In this document: positions 1 to 62,960 of the stretch, piece by piece | Position numbering within the stretch: position 1 is the first letter of the stretch | Layout of the letters: each line of letters starts with the position of its first letter | Assembly (NCBI GenBank): GCA_964016885.1 | Contig: OZ024760.1 | Coordinates: forward strand, 19,592,001 to 19,656,000 | Origin: Eledone cirrhosa | Lineage: Eukaryota | DNA length: 64,000 nucleotides | Direction of reading: 5' to 3' | Made by a program: the position numbers and the translations under genes | The notes under the pieces: model-generated | The model's input: only the letters and a program-made list of their open reading frames with translations | Told to the model about the DNA's origin: nothing | The model's database searches: none

Positions 1-41
1 AACCGATGCTAGCAGGGAAACTTCTGCTAGTCCTGTCAACT

Positions 42-86
<45 letters not shown>

Positions 87-1611
87 CGTGTGTTCCAAAG
101 AGAATGTTTTGGTAAAAACAGGAGAAAGCTCTCGACATTCGCAGTTTTTAGTTACGATGGAGATTTTTATAAAAATAATTTTTATAAAAATAACAAAATA
201 AGATGCTGAGGTTACATAAATCATTTAATAATTATAATTATTTCCATGGTTCTCCATGCAATCGTGAAGTCCTTCATGCATTTGTTGTTGTTATGAGAAC
301 GGTATCCTCAGATGAAATCTGATTTAGTGATATGCTGCCGGCAGGAAAAAACACACGTCCTTTTGCTCATGTGCCCAGCAGATATACGAGTTCCTGAAAA
401 GGGTGTCCCAGCCGTCGTGTTTGCTGTAGTAAAGTGCTATTAACGTGTCAAGTAGTGAAATCAGGATTCACGCATCCCCCGTGGAGTTGAGGTTGTAAAT
501 TAGCAGAGAGGTAACCTCTCAAGTATGCTGATCTGTATCAAATTATTAGTACAGATTAAAGTTTAAGCAAAGAATTACTGCTTTCACCCTATACAGGATC
601 TTCTGAAATAGAAGACTAATTTTAAATATTTGCTCTACAGGTTTATATGTACTTATATATATATATATATATATACACAATCCTTATCAAGCTTTCTTTG
701 AATTTTGGTCTTTGTATATATTAATACTATATATATATATGTAGCAGTGTAGTTAATACAAAGCATTGTGAGATATGTAGTAAAAGGCCAATAAATTCTT
801 TTAAAAGCTATCTACTGATTGTAAATCCAAGTAGAAGGAGCAACATGGAATAAAGTGTCTTGCTCAAGGACATAATGCATCGCCAGTCTGGGAATCAAAC
901 TCACAACCTCACGATTGTGAATCCAGTTCTCTAACCACTCAGCCATGCACTTTATATATGTCTATATATATATATATATGAGGTCTATAAAATATGTAAT
1001 AGTAATATATTTGGGTTTGATTCTATTGATTAGTTTCTTACTACACAGAATTACTATTCTGTTTATTTCATATGTAATTATTTTAAAACTAATGCTTTAA
1101 AATTAATAATTTGGGTTTCAATTTTTTTTTAATTGTTTATGGTGAACATTTGATAACCTAGCTCTTGTTATAACAGTAGTAAAATAGTTAAATTTTTTAA
1201 ATATATTAATATTAACATGTGATTAATTAATTAATAATAATAATTATTATATGATCCAAATGTTTATTGATATTATTAAAAGAACTACTACAACCATTTT
1301 ATATTACTAATAAGACTGACCATAGTTATATTCAGTGTTTGTGTGTGTGTGTATGTATGTATGTATATATATATATATATATACATACATACCGCATTGT
1401 TGAATTCATCTAACTATAATGGTTTTAACAAGGCTGACAACTATAAAACTGTGCTGACCTACCAAGTGTTATCTCCCTTAGTTGGCTGACACCAGTAATT
1501 ATGTCCCTTCTAAATATTGTGATCAATAACTATAGCTATAAACAAACCAGTTTGATAAATAATACTTCTACCAGTTGTATCCTTTAATTCTCCTCTTTGA
1601 AATAAGTGTAA

Positions 1612-1663
<52 letters not shown>

Positions 1664-1791
1664 AAGTTATATTTAAAATTGTTGGGTTACAACTAGTAAA
1701 TATTTATAACTGATATAAAAGCACTCGACAAATATTTGGAGTATATTTACAATATTAAATAAATGGAAAACTATATTTATAAAACCATATT

Positions 1792-1857
1792 TATTTCATT
1801 ATATATATTTCGGGGATATCATATTAACAATATGCTATGCCTTCATCAGACAAAATA
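1792..1857 (-). ncRNA. Type I hammerhead ribozyme motif, inverted copy of 1905-1970
   Basis: Reverse complement gives the same fold with intact CTGATGA and GAAA. Confidence 0.7.
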
Positions 1858-1904
1858 TATTGTAATATATTGTAATATATTTATCTATAAAACTGTTTAT
1901 ATTG

Positions 1905-1970
1905 TATTTTGTCTGATGAAGGCATAGCATATTGTTAATATGACATCCCCGAAATATATATAATGAAATA
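1905..1970 (+). ncRNA. Type I hammerhead ribozyme motif (minimal, palindromic stem III)
   Basis: TATTTTGT-CTGATGA-(stem II with CATATT/AATATG hairpin)-GAAA-tatata-TA-ATGAAATA; stem I pairs at all 8 positions (2 G-U). Confidence 0.7.
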
Positions 1971-2008
1971 AATATGGTTTTATAAATATAGTTTTCCATT
2001 TATTTAAT

Positions 2009-2068
<60 letters not shown>

Positions 2069-2535
2069 TTAATAAAAAAGACGAGGTGTTAGATCTTCAT
2101 TACATTTATTGCGGTGTGATGTGCGTTTTACAATTGATCAGCTCAAGGCTCGATCTATATCGTTCTGGCCTGACTCTGGAATTAAAAACTCATCGGACTT
2201 CTGTTATGGTAAACTATATATGCATTATATATGCAATATTTTCACAAAACACACTTTTCATGTAGATGCAATATATATATTTTTTTTAAGTACTGTATGT
2301 GCAGGCACTTGGAACATAGCTTAACAAGAGTTCTCATATAAAATGTTTATAGGAAGTTTTTTAGATAAATATAGGCATTTTAGAATAAAAAGGTTTTGTA
2401 TTGTAGATCCAGGGATGTTTTCAGATTGTTTGGTATGAAAAGGTTTAAGAATCTTTCTATGTTTCTCTATGTTGTATCTTGTAATACTTTATCCCTATAT
2501 CTTTTAACATGAAAGCCTTTACTTCTTTCCTTCAG

Positions 2536-52437
<49,902 letters not shown>

Positions 52438-52882
52438 TCACATAACTGGCTTTATTTTAAAGCTGGAATTTATTGTCTAAGGAAACAATTATATATTGTT
52501 GAAGATATTTTCTTTAATTTAATTTGAAAGAAAATATTTCAAACTTAAATGTTCAACTTGCCAACAACTTTAGTCACTTTTGGACTTCATTGAAACTAAA
52601 ATCTAAAAAATGAAGTTAAAACAACAGTGAATTGTGACTTACGACAGTTAGTTTTGGGACTCAGCCAAAAATATATGGTTGCTATTTTTTAAAATTCCCT
52701 TCCCCGCCTACCACTAATTCCTCTCTAAGTCAAATTTGAGCACCAAACTGACCACCAAGTCATTGTATATAAGCCATCATTTTTGTAAAAGTGTTCAATT
52801 TTTTTTTGGGAGGGGGGTTAATTTTTTGATAAATGGAAAGTCACAATACGAAAATTGATTTAGATCAAACTGTAGACTTTCA

Positions 52883-52925
52883 AATAAACTTGTCCCTAAG
52901 AATTGGTTGTTTTTTTTTAAATAAA
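52883..52925 (+). terminator. Candidate polyadenylation signals of the VWA gene
   Basis: AATAAA at 52883 and 52920, ~450-490 nt after the stop; such hexamers are common in AT-rich DNA. Confidence 0.3.
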
Positions 52926-53458
52926 AACAAAAAAGAAAATAAGTTGAAATAAATTGTGTAATTTGTGTTGTAAATATAGAATTTACCTTTGTATTTGTTT
53001 CTTTTGAATAATTATCAAAGTATTTCAAGCTAATGGAGATAGGAGAACAACAGCTGGCTATGTGTGACATCAACCAGTGCAGAAAAGCTCTTCTTCCTTG
53101 GGTCATAACCCTTAGGAATTCCATCAATGTTGGCACAATGAAATGTAAATTGGGAGATATTCTAAGGTCGAAGTGAATAGCCATATTATTTACACAAGAG
53201 GTAAGATGCCCCAGCCAGACTTCTCGTGGGCAAGGAACACAGACAACAGAACTGCAGTATGCATACCGTTTGGCAGATGAAATTAAATGATAAATTTATT
53301 GAAATAGCCAAAGTATGATCTGATAAAATAATTAAACTTAAAACAGCAACAATATCATGCACCACAACCAGAACTGAAAGAGGAGATAAGACCAGTCATA
53401 TTGAGGCCATGGTGAAAACTGCTTTAATATATTGAGCTCATTACCAAGACTGGTGAGC

Positions 53459-53615
53459 TTAACCCTTTAGCATTTACATTATTCTATAGATACTATTATA
53501 TTTTCACAGTAAAGGCTTTATCTCACATAATATCGAATCTATGAGATTTTGAGAACATTAGCTTAACATCAGTATGAGTGGCTAGTTATGACCAGTTTAA
53601 ATGCTGAAGGGTTAA
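53459..53615. mobile_element. piggyBac-like MITE family A copy
   Basis: TTAACCCTTTAGCATTT...AAATGCTGAAGGGTTAA. Confidence 0.75.
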
Positions 53616-53932
53616 TGGACATTTTAGGTCATACCATGAGTTGCTTCTTTGGTGTGCATGGAGCTAGATCAAGATTACAAGAGGTAGATCAGAGCATGGA
53701 GCTAGATCTGTCCACAAAGCAGTCCATGATTTCAAAGAGTCTGGACCAAGTTTAATTATCACATTGATGATTGCCAAGCAACAGAAGGGGCCCCACATCG
53801 AGTGTCTATGATATCAACCAATACCACATGAAACTTTGTTAGTTTATGCAACTGTAGCCACCAATATTGTAAGAATATTCGTTTAAGTTTTCATATAAGT
53901 ATTTGAAATCAAGGAGTGTTTTTGTGATCACC

Positions 53933-53969
<37 letters not shown>

Positions 53970-56900
53970 ACAAAGAAAGTGTGGTAAGATACCAGGTGGA
54001 CCATAACGCACCAGAGTACTCGATACTTAGGGTAGCAGAGTGGGTAATAGGAAAAGAGTCAGGACCCTCATGGCTGAGCTCCGGCCGTTTTGACAGCTGG
54101 CTTAGTTCAGATCTACCTGTCAGGGTCCTAACCCTTATCCTATATATATATATAATTAGGTAGTAACATGTGCTTATGCCGTATTTGACTAAATAAAATT
54201 AGTACGTCAATACTCATACTTTTTTCCATTCAGAGGATTTTTTTAAATCCCAACCAACAGACTAATTCTATTTAGTCAAATACGGCGTAAGCACATGCTA
54301 CTACCTAATTTTCAAATTTGCTAGCTGTTTGTAAACACAGCCTGCTTTCTGTCTCCCTATATATATATAACTACTATATATATATAGTAGTTCACCATAC
54401 TGAGAACAATTGTTTCACCTTTACTACAGCAATAACAACAACAACAACTACAGCAATCCGAATAAGATGAAACATTTGTTCTTGGGATGGTGAACTAACT
54501 GTTGTGGAACTACTACCAAACTCGTTCCATGGACTGAGTGCTCTACTATTATATTTACCACACTACAAATCCCGCCGAGGTTAACTTTGCCTTTCATCCT
54601 TACGGGGTCGATAAAATAAAGTACCAGTAATGTACTGGGTAATTTCTGGCCTTGTGCCAATAGTAGAAACAATTATATTTACCACACTACATCCACAAGG
54701 TAGATAATTCTTTTATTGGGGAAGTGATGCTGGAACATTTAACTGAAGGAATAAAGGCTGACATGCAGACATGATCACAATCAAATGAGTCAAAGCAGTA
54801 TAAAAAAAAAAATTTTTTTAAAAAGTTCCGATATTCTAATCATCGGTAAGCAGAAACAAAGGGAAGTCACTCTAAATTAACAAGGATTAAAAGATGAGTT
54901 ATCTCCCTTAGCCAAAATAGTAATATACATGTAAATATCGGCTTCTAAGCTATGATTTTTCATCGGACATTTATATAAAATTAATTGTTTCTATTTGGGG
55001 CACAAGGCCAGCAATTATACCAGTACTTTATTTTATTGACCCCCGTAAGGATGAAAGGCAAAGTTAACCTCGGCAGGATTTGAACTCAGACTGTAAAGGG
55101 CGTATACTTCTCATAGGATCCCCTACGGTCAGCTAAACCTTGGTCAATGCCAGGTGAAAGGGCGAAAGAAGCCCGTCATTAATGTTGCCGGAATGTCGTC
55201 TATACAGACTAAGTGAATATTCATTGAAACGAAATATATTTAGAAGAGTGTTATCGCACTTTCTATTTCAACGCCACGAGCATACGTTTGGTGATGGTAC
55301 ACACAATGAATTAGTTACAGAATGTGTGGCGAAAGAGCTTTAACAATCATCAACCGGTTCTTAAATCAACCAAGCCCTGTTTTAGAATCGAACTCAGGTA
55401 AAGCGACTTCACATAAATACTTTGCGCATGCGCATTGATGTCTACCTTTTCCGCGCATGCGTAATTGGAGTGATTCTGTTTAGAAAAAATAAAATGGCTG
55501 CTGGAACTACTTCATGTTTTCCAACCTGAATAAAAAAAACTTGGATTTTACTATTTATAAGGAGGTAAAGTAGTTTTATTGAGACATTTTCTGTTTATTT
55601 CCTTCCATAAATGTCAGCAATAATTATTTAAACGATAGTTTTGTTTAGCTACTGCCACACGTTTACATTGTATTTCAATGGTGCTTATGGTTACGTGATC
55701 GTTTATCATGCTACATCATCTTGAGCAAGAAAGTGACGTTTCCGAAGCAATCCAGGGGAACAGATCGATATGGTGTTTTCATTGCTTATGTCTGTTCCAC
55801 TCTACATGTGTGTTGATGATTGTCAATCTGCCACTCCTAGTAAACAGTTAGAACCATCCCTATATGACGCACCCTCCACAGTTGGTCAATTCCAGGTGAG
55901 AGGGTGATTGAAGCAGTTTAAGGACGTATACTTCTCGTGGGAGCCTCTACCGCCAGCTAAACCATAATCAGTGCCTGCTTAGAGGGTGTAAACTTCTCGT
56001 AGGATCCTCTACAGTCAGCTAAACCCTGGTCAATGTCGTGATTGAAGCAGTTTAAGTGTGTAAACATCTCGTGCGATCCTCAACGGCCAGGTTAGAAAGA
56101 AGCAGTTTTAGATTGTATATTTCCCATAGTTTTTCCTACGGCCAGCTAAACCCTAGTTAATACAAGCTTAGAGGGCGAGAGAAGCATATACTTCGCATTG
56201 TATCTCATATCACCAAACAAGCAGTTTTATAGCGTATACGTCCCATAGAATGTCCTACGGCCAACAAAACCCTAGTTACTACAAGCTTAGTGGGTGAAAG
56301 AAGCAAGTCATTAATGTTACTGGACTGTCGTCTATACGGAATTAGGTGATTATTCATTGAAAAAATATATATAAACGAAATGAATACAGGTTTTCATAAG
56401 AAAATTGTTCGTGCGTTGGTTGGTTACAATACAATGTTAGAAGGTGAAAGTAACGGCTTTAGGGCCAGCAACGTAAAATAAGTGTCAAGAATACAACGCA
56501 AAGCCCACCCTCCATAGTTTTGTTTAGCTTCTGTCAGACCTTACATTCAAATGTAATACAACACACCTCCCCCACAAATAGTTTATTCTTTAGATTGGTA
56601 AATAATATATCCTCGTATTTTATAATCAGAAGTTAACTGTTGATCGGTGTTAACTAGATATCGCTTTTACTTTTAACCTACAAAACATAGAACATTCTTA
56701 GTTTGGGTTCTCTTGCCCAGCGATTCATTGGAGAAAAAAATATAAACGAGGTAATTCGTTCTGAATAGAGATTTTCATAAGGAAATCGTTAGTGCGTTAG
56801 ACGATGTTTTTTTTAATATAATTTCATAATTTATAGAGAAAAAAAGGTTCAGAGGTCGAATCCTTCATCGTCACAATACCACCAATGCGCTAATAATTTT

Positions 56901-57143
56901 CTTGGCTGGTTTCGGGTTATGGATACAGGCCCACCTAGTATATATATAGAGAGAGAGAATATGAAGGCTAAAACCCGAAGAGGGTTCGATAAGGATAATA
57001 TATATAAAACCGTTCAGCAAATACTTATTAAAATAGCAGGTTAAAGTTTAAGCAAAGAGTATATGTCTATATGTGTCTTCCTAATAAATGTAGCTGTCCT
57101 GGTGTCATTACGGAGGTAAGTAAATTTTAATTATTCATTGGAG

Positions 57144-57387
57144 AAAAAAATATAAACGAAATGAATGGAGGTAATTCGTTCTGAATAGAGATTTTCATAA
57201 GGAAATTGTTAGTGCGTTGGACGATGTTTTTATTTAATGAATATAATTTCATAATTTATAGAGAAAAAAAGGTTCAGAGGTCGAATCCCTCATCGTCACA
57301 ATACCACCAATGCGCTAATAATTTTCTTGTAAAAAATCTCTACTCAGAACCCCAAATTACCTCCCTTCGTTTCGTTTATATTTTTTT
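57144..57387. mobile_element. MITE-like fold-back element with ~80-bp TIRs (partial copy ~56730-56905)
   Basis: AAAAAAATATAAACGAA...AGTGCGTTGG is the reverse complement of CCAATGCGCT...TTCGTTTATATTTTTTT. Confidence 0.6.
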
Positions 57388-57669
57388 TAAACAAAAATTG
57401 TGAAAAGTACCCATAAGTATGTGTTTGGAACTCAGTAGAATTGCGGCCTTCGAGGTGGCGCGCGAGCTGCGTCTCGTCTCGCCAGTCCCAGTGACTGACG
57501 TTCGTTTCGTAGTGGCGTGCGACTGCTAAAAGGGCCTGGGACTGTCTGGGCCGGTACTTAGATTACTGGCCCGTCCCAGACCACCTCGGAGAATCTTTTT
57601 GCTAAAAAAAACGTTAATTATCTCCCCTTGGATTTTTACCTCCCTTGATTTTAAGAATTCATTTTGATT

Positions 57670-60250
57670 TTTCATATAGATTTATTCTGGACACTTTCAG
57701 AAACACTTATTTCATATAGATTTTTTTTTCGACTTTTCAAAAACACCCGTTTCATATAGAATTTTTTTTCGACTTTTCAAAAACACACATTTCATATAGA
57801 ATTTTTTTTCGACTTTTCAAAAGCACACATTTCGTATAGAATTTTTTTTCGACTTTTCAAAAACACCCATTTCATATAGAATTTTTTTTCGACTTTCCAA
57901 AAACACCTGTTTCATATAGATTTTTTTTTCGACTTTCCAAAAACACCCGTTTCATATAGAATTTTTTTTCGACTTTCCAAAAACACCCGTTTCATATAGA
58001 TTTTTTTTTCGACTTTTCAAAAACACCCGTTTCGTATAGAATTTTTTTTCGACTTTTCAAAAACACACATTTCATATAGAATTTTTTTTCGACTTTTCAA
58101 AAACACACATTTCATATAGAATTTTTTTTCGACCTTTCAAAAACACACATTTCATATAGAATTTTTTTTGACACTTTCAAAAACACACATTTCATATAGA
58201 ATTTTTTTTCGACTTTTCAAAAACACTCGTTTCATATAGAATTTTTTTTCGACTTTTCAAAAACACACATTTCATATAGATTTTTTTTTTCGACTTTTCA
58301 AAAACACCCGTTTCATATAGAATTTTTTTTCGACTTTTCAAAAGCACACATTTCGTATAGAATTTTTTTTCGACTTTTCAAAAACACCCATTTCATGTAG
58401 AATTTTTTTTCGACTATCCAAAAACACCCGTTTCGTATAGAATTTTTTTTCGACTTTTCAAAAACACACATTTCGTATAGAATTTTTTTTCGACTTTTCA
58501 AAAACACACATTTCATATAGAATTTTTTTTCGACTTTTCAAAAACACACATTTCATATAGAATTTTTTTTCGACCTTTCAAAAACACACATTTCATATAG
58601 AATTTTTTTTGACACTTTCAAAAACACACATTTCATATAGAATTTTTTTTCGACTTTTCAAAAACACTCGTTTCATATAGAATTTTTTTTCGACTTTTCA
58701 AAAACACACATTTCATATAGATTTTTTTTTTCGACTTTTCAAAAACACCCGTTTCATATAGAATTTTTTTTCGACTTTTCAAAAGCACACATTTCGTATA
58801 GAATTTTTTTTCGACTTTTCAAAAACACCCATTTCATGTAGAATTTTTTTTCGACTATCCAAAAACACCCGTTTCGTATAGAATTTTTTTTCGACTTTTC
58901 AAAAACACACATTTCGTATAGAATTTTTTTTCGACTTTTCAAAAACACACATTTCATATAGAATTTTTTTTCGACTTTTCAAAAACACACATTTCATATA
59001 GAATTTTTTTTCGACCTTTCAAAAACACACATTTCATATAGAATTTTTTTTGACACTTTCAAAAACACACATTTCATATAGAATTTTTTTTCGACTTTTC
59101 AAAAACACTCGTTTCATATAGAATTTTTTTTCGACTTTTCAAAAACACACATTTCATATAGATTTTTTTTTTCGACTTTTCAAAAACACCCGTTTCATAT
59201 AGAATTTTTTTTCGACTTTTCAAAAGCACACATTTCGTATAGAATTTTTTTTCGACTTTTCAAAAACACCCATTTCATATAGAATTTTTTTTCGACTATC
59301 CAAAAACACCCGTTTCGTATAGAATTTTTTTTCGACTTTTCAAAAACACACATTTCGTATAGAATTTTTTTTCGACTTTTCAAAAACACACATTTCATAT
59401 AGAATTTTTTTTCGACCTTTCAAAAACACTCATTTCATATAGAATTTTTTTTGACACTTTCAAAAACACACATTTCATATAGAATTTTTTTTCGACTTTT
59501 CAAAAACACTCGTTTCATATAGAATTTTTTTTCGACTTTTCAAAAACACACGTTTCATATAGAATTTTTTTTCTACTTTTCAAAAACACACGTTTCATAT
59601 AGAATTTTTTTTCGAATTTTCAAAAACACACATTTCATATAGAATTTTTTTCGACTTTTCAAAAACACACATTTCATATAGAATTTTTTTTCGACTTTTC
59701 AAAAACACACATTTCATATAGAATTTTTTTTCGACTTTTCAAAAACACACATTTCATATAGAATTTTTTTTCGACTTTTCAAAAACACACATTTCATATA
59801 GAATTTTTTTTCGACTTTTCAAAAACACTCGTTTCATATAGAATTTTTTTTCGACTTTTCAAAAACACACATTTCATATAGAATTTTTTTTCGACTTTTC
59901 AAAAACACTCGTTTCATATAGAATTTTTTTTCGACTTTTCAAAAACACACATTTCATATAGAATTTTTTTTGACACTTTCAAAAACACACATTTCATATA
60001 GAATTTTTTTTCGACTTTTCAAAAACACTCGTTTCATATAGAATTTTTTTTCGACTTTTCAAAAACACTCGTTTCATATAGAATTTTTTTTCGACTTTTC
60101 AAAAACACACATTTCATATAGAATTTTTTTTGACACTTTCAAAAACACACATTTCATATAGAATTTTTTTTCGACTTTTGAAAAACACACATTTCATATA
60201 GAATTTTTTTTTCGACTTTTCAAAAACACTCATTTCATATAGAATTTTTT
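57670..60250. repeat. Satellite array, 40-bp monomer, ~64 copies
   Basis: ATTTCATATAGAATTTTTTTTCGACTTTTCAAAAACACAC in tandem. Confidence 0.97.
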
Positions 60251-62684
60251 TTTTTTTTAGACACTTCATTTAGATTCTTAGTTTCTTTTTTTAGACACTT
60301 CATCTACATTCTTAGTTTCTTTTTAGACACTTCAATTAGATTCTTAGTTTCTTTTTAGACTCCTTTTTTAGACACTTCATTTAGTTTCTTTTTCATATTA
60401 AAGGGAGACAACTCATGTTTTTAAAGAGTTCTCTCCCTTGAATAAAAAAACCTTTCCTTTCTATTGAAAGAGTTACCTCCCTTGAATAAAGAAAAAACAA
60501 AAAAACTCTCCCTTCTGTTGAAAGAGTCACGTTCGTTTCATAGGGAAAATACGACCTATTGTCTTTGAAAGAGTTAATTCCTGTACTAAAATATATTCCG
60601 AAGGAGGTTTTAGACAGTCGGTATTTCTTTCGTCAAAATATTAACACAACTAGTATATAATACGTAAAGATTTCTTTATTAACAGAAACTTTGTTTATGA
60701 GGCTAAAAGCCAATCTTTTTTTGTCAAATAAACTGAACTCAACTCATAAATAATATGTAAAAAATTTTTTATTAACAAAAACTTTATTTATACAATTCGT
60801 AAATAATATGTAAACATATTTTTATTAACAGACACTCCATCACTGTTCAGGAAACTTGAACTTGTAAATACTTTCACAATCAAAACCTTCTTTCAGTGGT
60901 TGCAGCAAACAACACAGCATATGACCGAGAAGGCTGGACATCTGTAAAAAAAACTATGAAAGTCATTTATGTACATTGTCAATAAAAAAATTAAACTTTC
61001 TAAAATTCTTCCAGCTTTGTCTTTTACTATAATATATATAAATACACATATGGATATATACTTAGAACTTTATAAAATTCTTACAATATTTATAAAATTC
61101 TTTCACATATAGTGAAATTCCATTATATATGTACATATACAATAATACATGTATATATACAGAAAGAAGAAAACCTGTTACTACGTTGAGTTTGTCAAAT
61201 ATTTTTTATTAAAGCTACTTATAGGTAATAGGGATGTGGTCCGGGAGCCACCAATACTTTGGCAGGTTGCCACAACATACACAGATGAAGGGCCTACCCC
61301 CACGATGATTGTCAAGCTGGGAAGGGAAGCCTGGTGACCAGCACCTTAAGTCCACGACAGTGAGACTCACAGATAAGGGAAAGCCAGGTGTGGAGTTGAG
61401 AGGACGAGTGAAAACATGCCAGTGTTTATAAAGAAACTAAGAATGGAAATGAAGTGTTTAAAACGTAATGTAAGTGAGGTGTCTAAAAAGAAACCAAGAA
61501 TTTATATGAAGTGCCCAAAAACATCTATCTAAGGGCCTACCCTCGCGATGATTGTCAAGCTCGCCGATCGAGCTGGGAAGGGACATTCTTAGTTTCTCTC
61601 TCAAGAAACTTCATCTACATTCTTAATTTCTCTCTTAAGAATGTAGATGAAGTTTCTCAAAAAAAGAAACTAAGAATGTAAATAAAGGAAACCTTTTCCT
61701 ACATCAAGAAAGAAACTGAGAATGTAAATGACCCCCCCCCCCCCCCAAAAAAAAAATGTTTATCAAAGTGTTGAAATACAATCTATATGGAATATACGGT
61801 CTTTGAAAAATCTTGTTCTATGTTACGTTGGTTAAAAGCAATATCTAATTAACACTGATTACAAAATACGAGGATATATTATTTACCAACTTACATAATC
61901 TAAAGAATACGCTATTTGTGGGGGAGGTGTGTTGTATTAGATTAGAATGTAAGGTGTCACAGAAGCTAAACAAAACTATTTTGTCTTTTATTATATATAC
62001 ATTTAACTAGAGGAAACAAGAAAACCTTTTCCTACATCAAGGAAGGTAACACTAAAGAAACTAAGAATGTAGATGAAGTTTCTGAATAAAGAAACTAAGA
62101 GGTGTGTTGTACTAGATTAGAATGTAAGGTGTGACGGAAGCTTAACAAAACTAATGTTTAAACAGAAAATGTCTAAATAAAACTGATCAACATAAAATAA
62201 AGTTTTACTTTACCTCCGTAAAATTAGTAAAATCCAAGTTTTTAACGTTTTTTATTCACGTTGGAAAACATGAAGTTCTTCAGGCGACCATTTAATTTAT
62301 TTTACTAAAGCACGCATGCGCCGAAAAAATTGGACATCAATGCGCATGCGCAAAGTATTTATGTAAAGTTATCGGCCTTTACAATCGTGAGTTCGATTCT
62401 CACACCGGGCTTTGCGTTGTGTTCTTGAGCAAGACACTTTATTTCACGTTGGAGAAGATCACTGTCGTGGGGCAACAACGAAAGATTTCTCTCTACCTAC
62501 AAGAGGACAGGTGAGAAAGAAATAGAGAAGATAATAAAAATGTAGCTGTATATAGAGGTTTCTTAGTTGTGAGTATAGAGCTTTATATGTATGTCTTTTA
62601 AAAGAGAAGATAGTAAAACGTATTTTTGTGTTGAATACATTATTCAATAATGAGGTTTAGTGAGAGATTTTAGTTATATTTCTT

Positions 62685-62960
62685 AGAAAGTATATATATA
62701 GTGTTGAGATGGCTTAGAAAGTATGTATATAGTGTTGAGATGGTTTAGAAAGTATGTATATAATGTCGAGATGGTTTAGAAAGTGTGTGTATATAATGTC
62801 GAGATGGTTTAGAAAGTGTGTATGTAGTGTTGAGATGGTTTAGAAAGTGTGTGTATATAATGTCGAAAAGCCTTAGAGATGGTTTAGAAAGTATGTATAT
62901 AGTGTTGAGATGGTTTAGAAAGTGTGTATATAGTGTCGAGATAGCTTAGAAAGTATGTTA
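62685..62960. repeat. Minisatellite, ~31-33-bp unit
   Basis: GAGATGGTTTAGAAAGTATGTATATAGTGTT repeated. Confidence 0.85.

Noticed and set aside
57670-60250. Array as a CRISPR locus, or the three identical 67-aa ORFs as genes
   Set aside because: Monomers are contiguous with no unique spacers, no cas genes, eukaryotic context; the ORFs are satellite translations.
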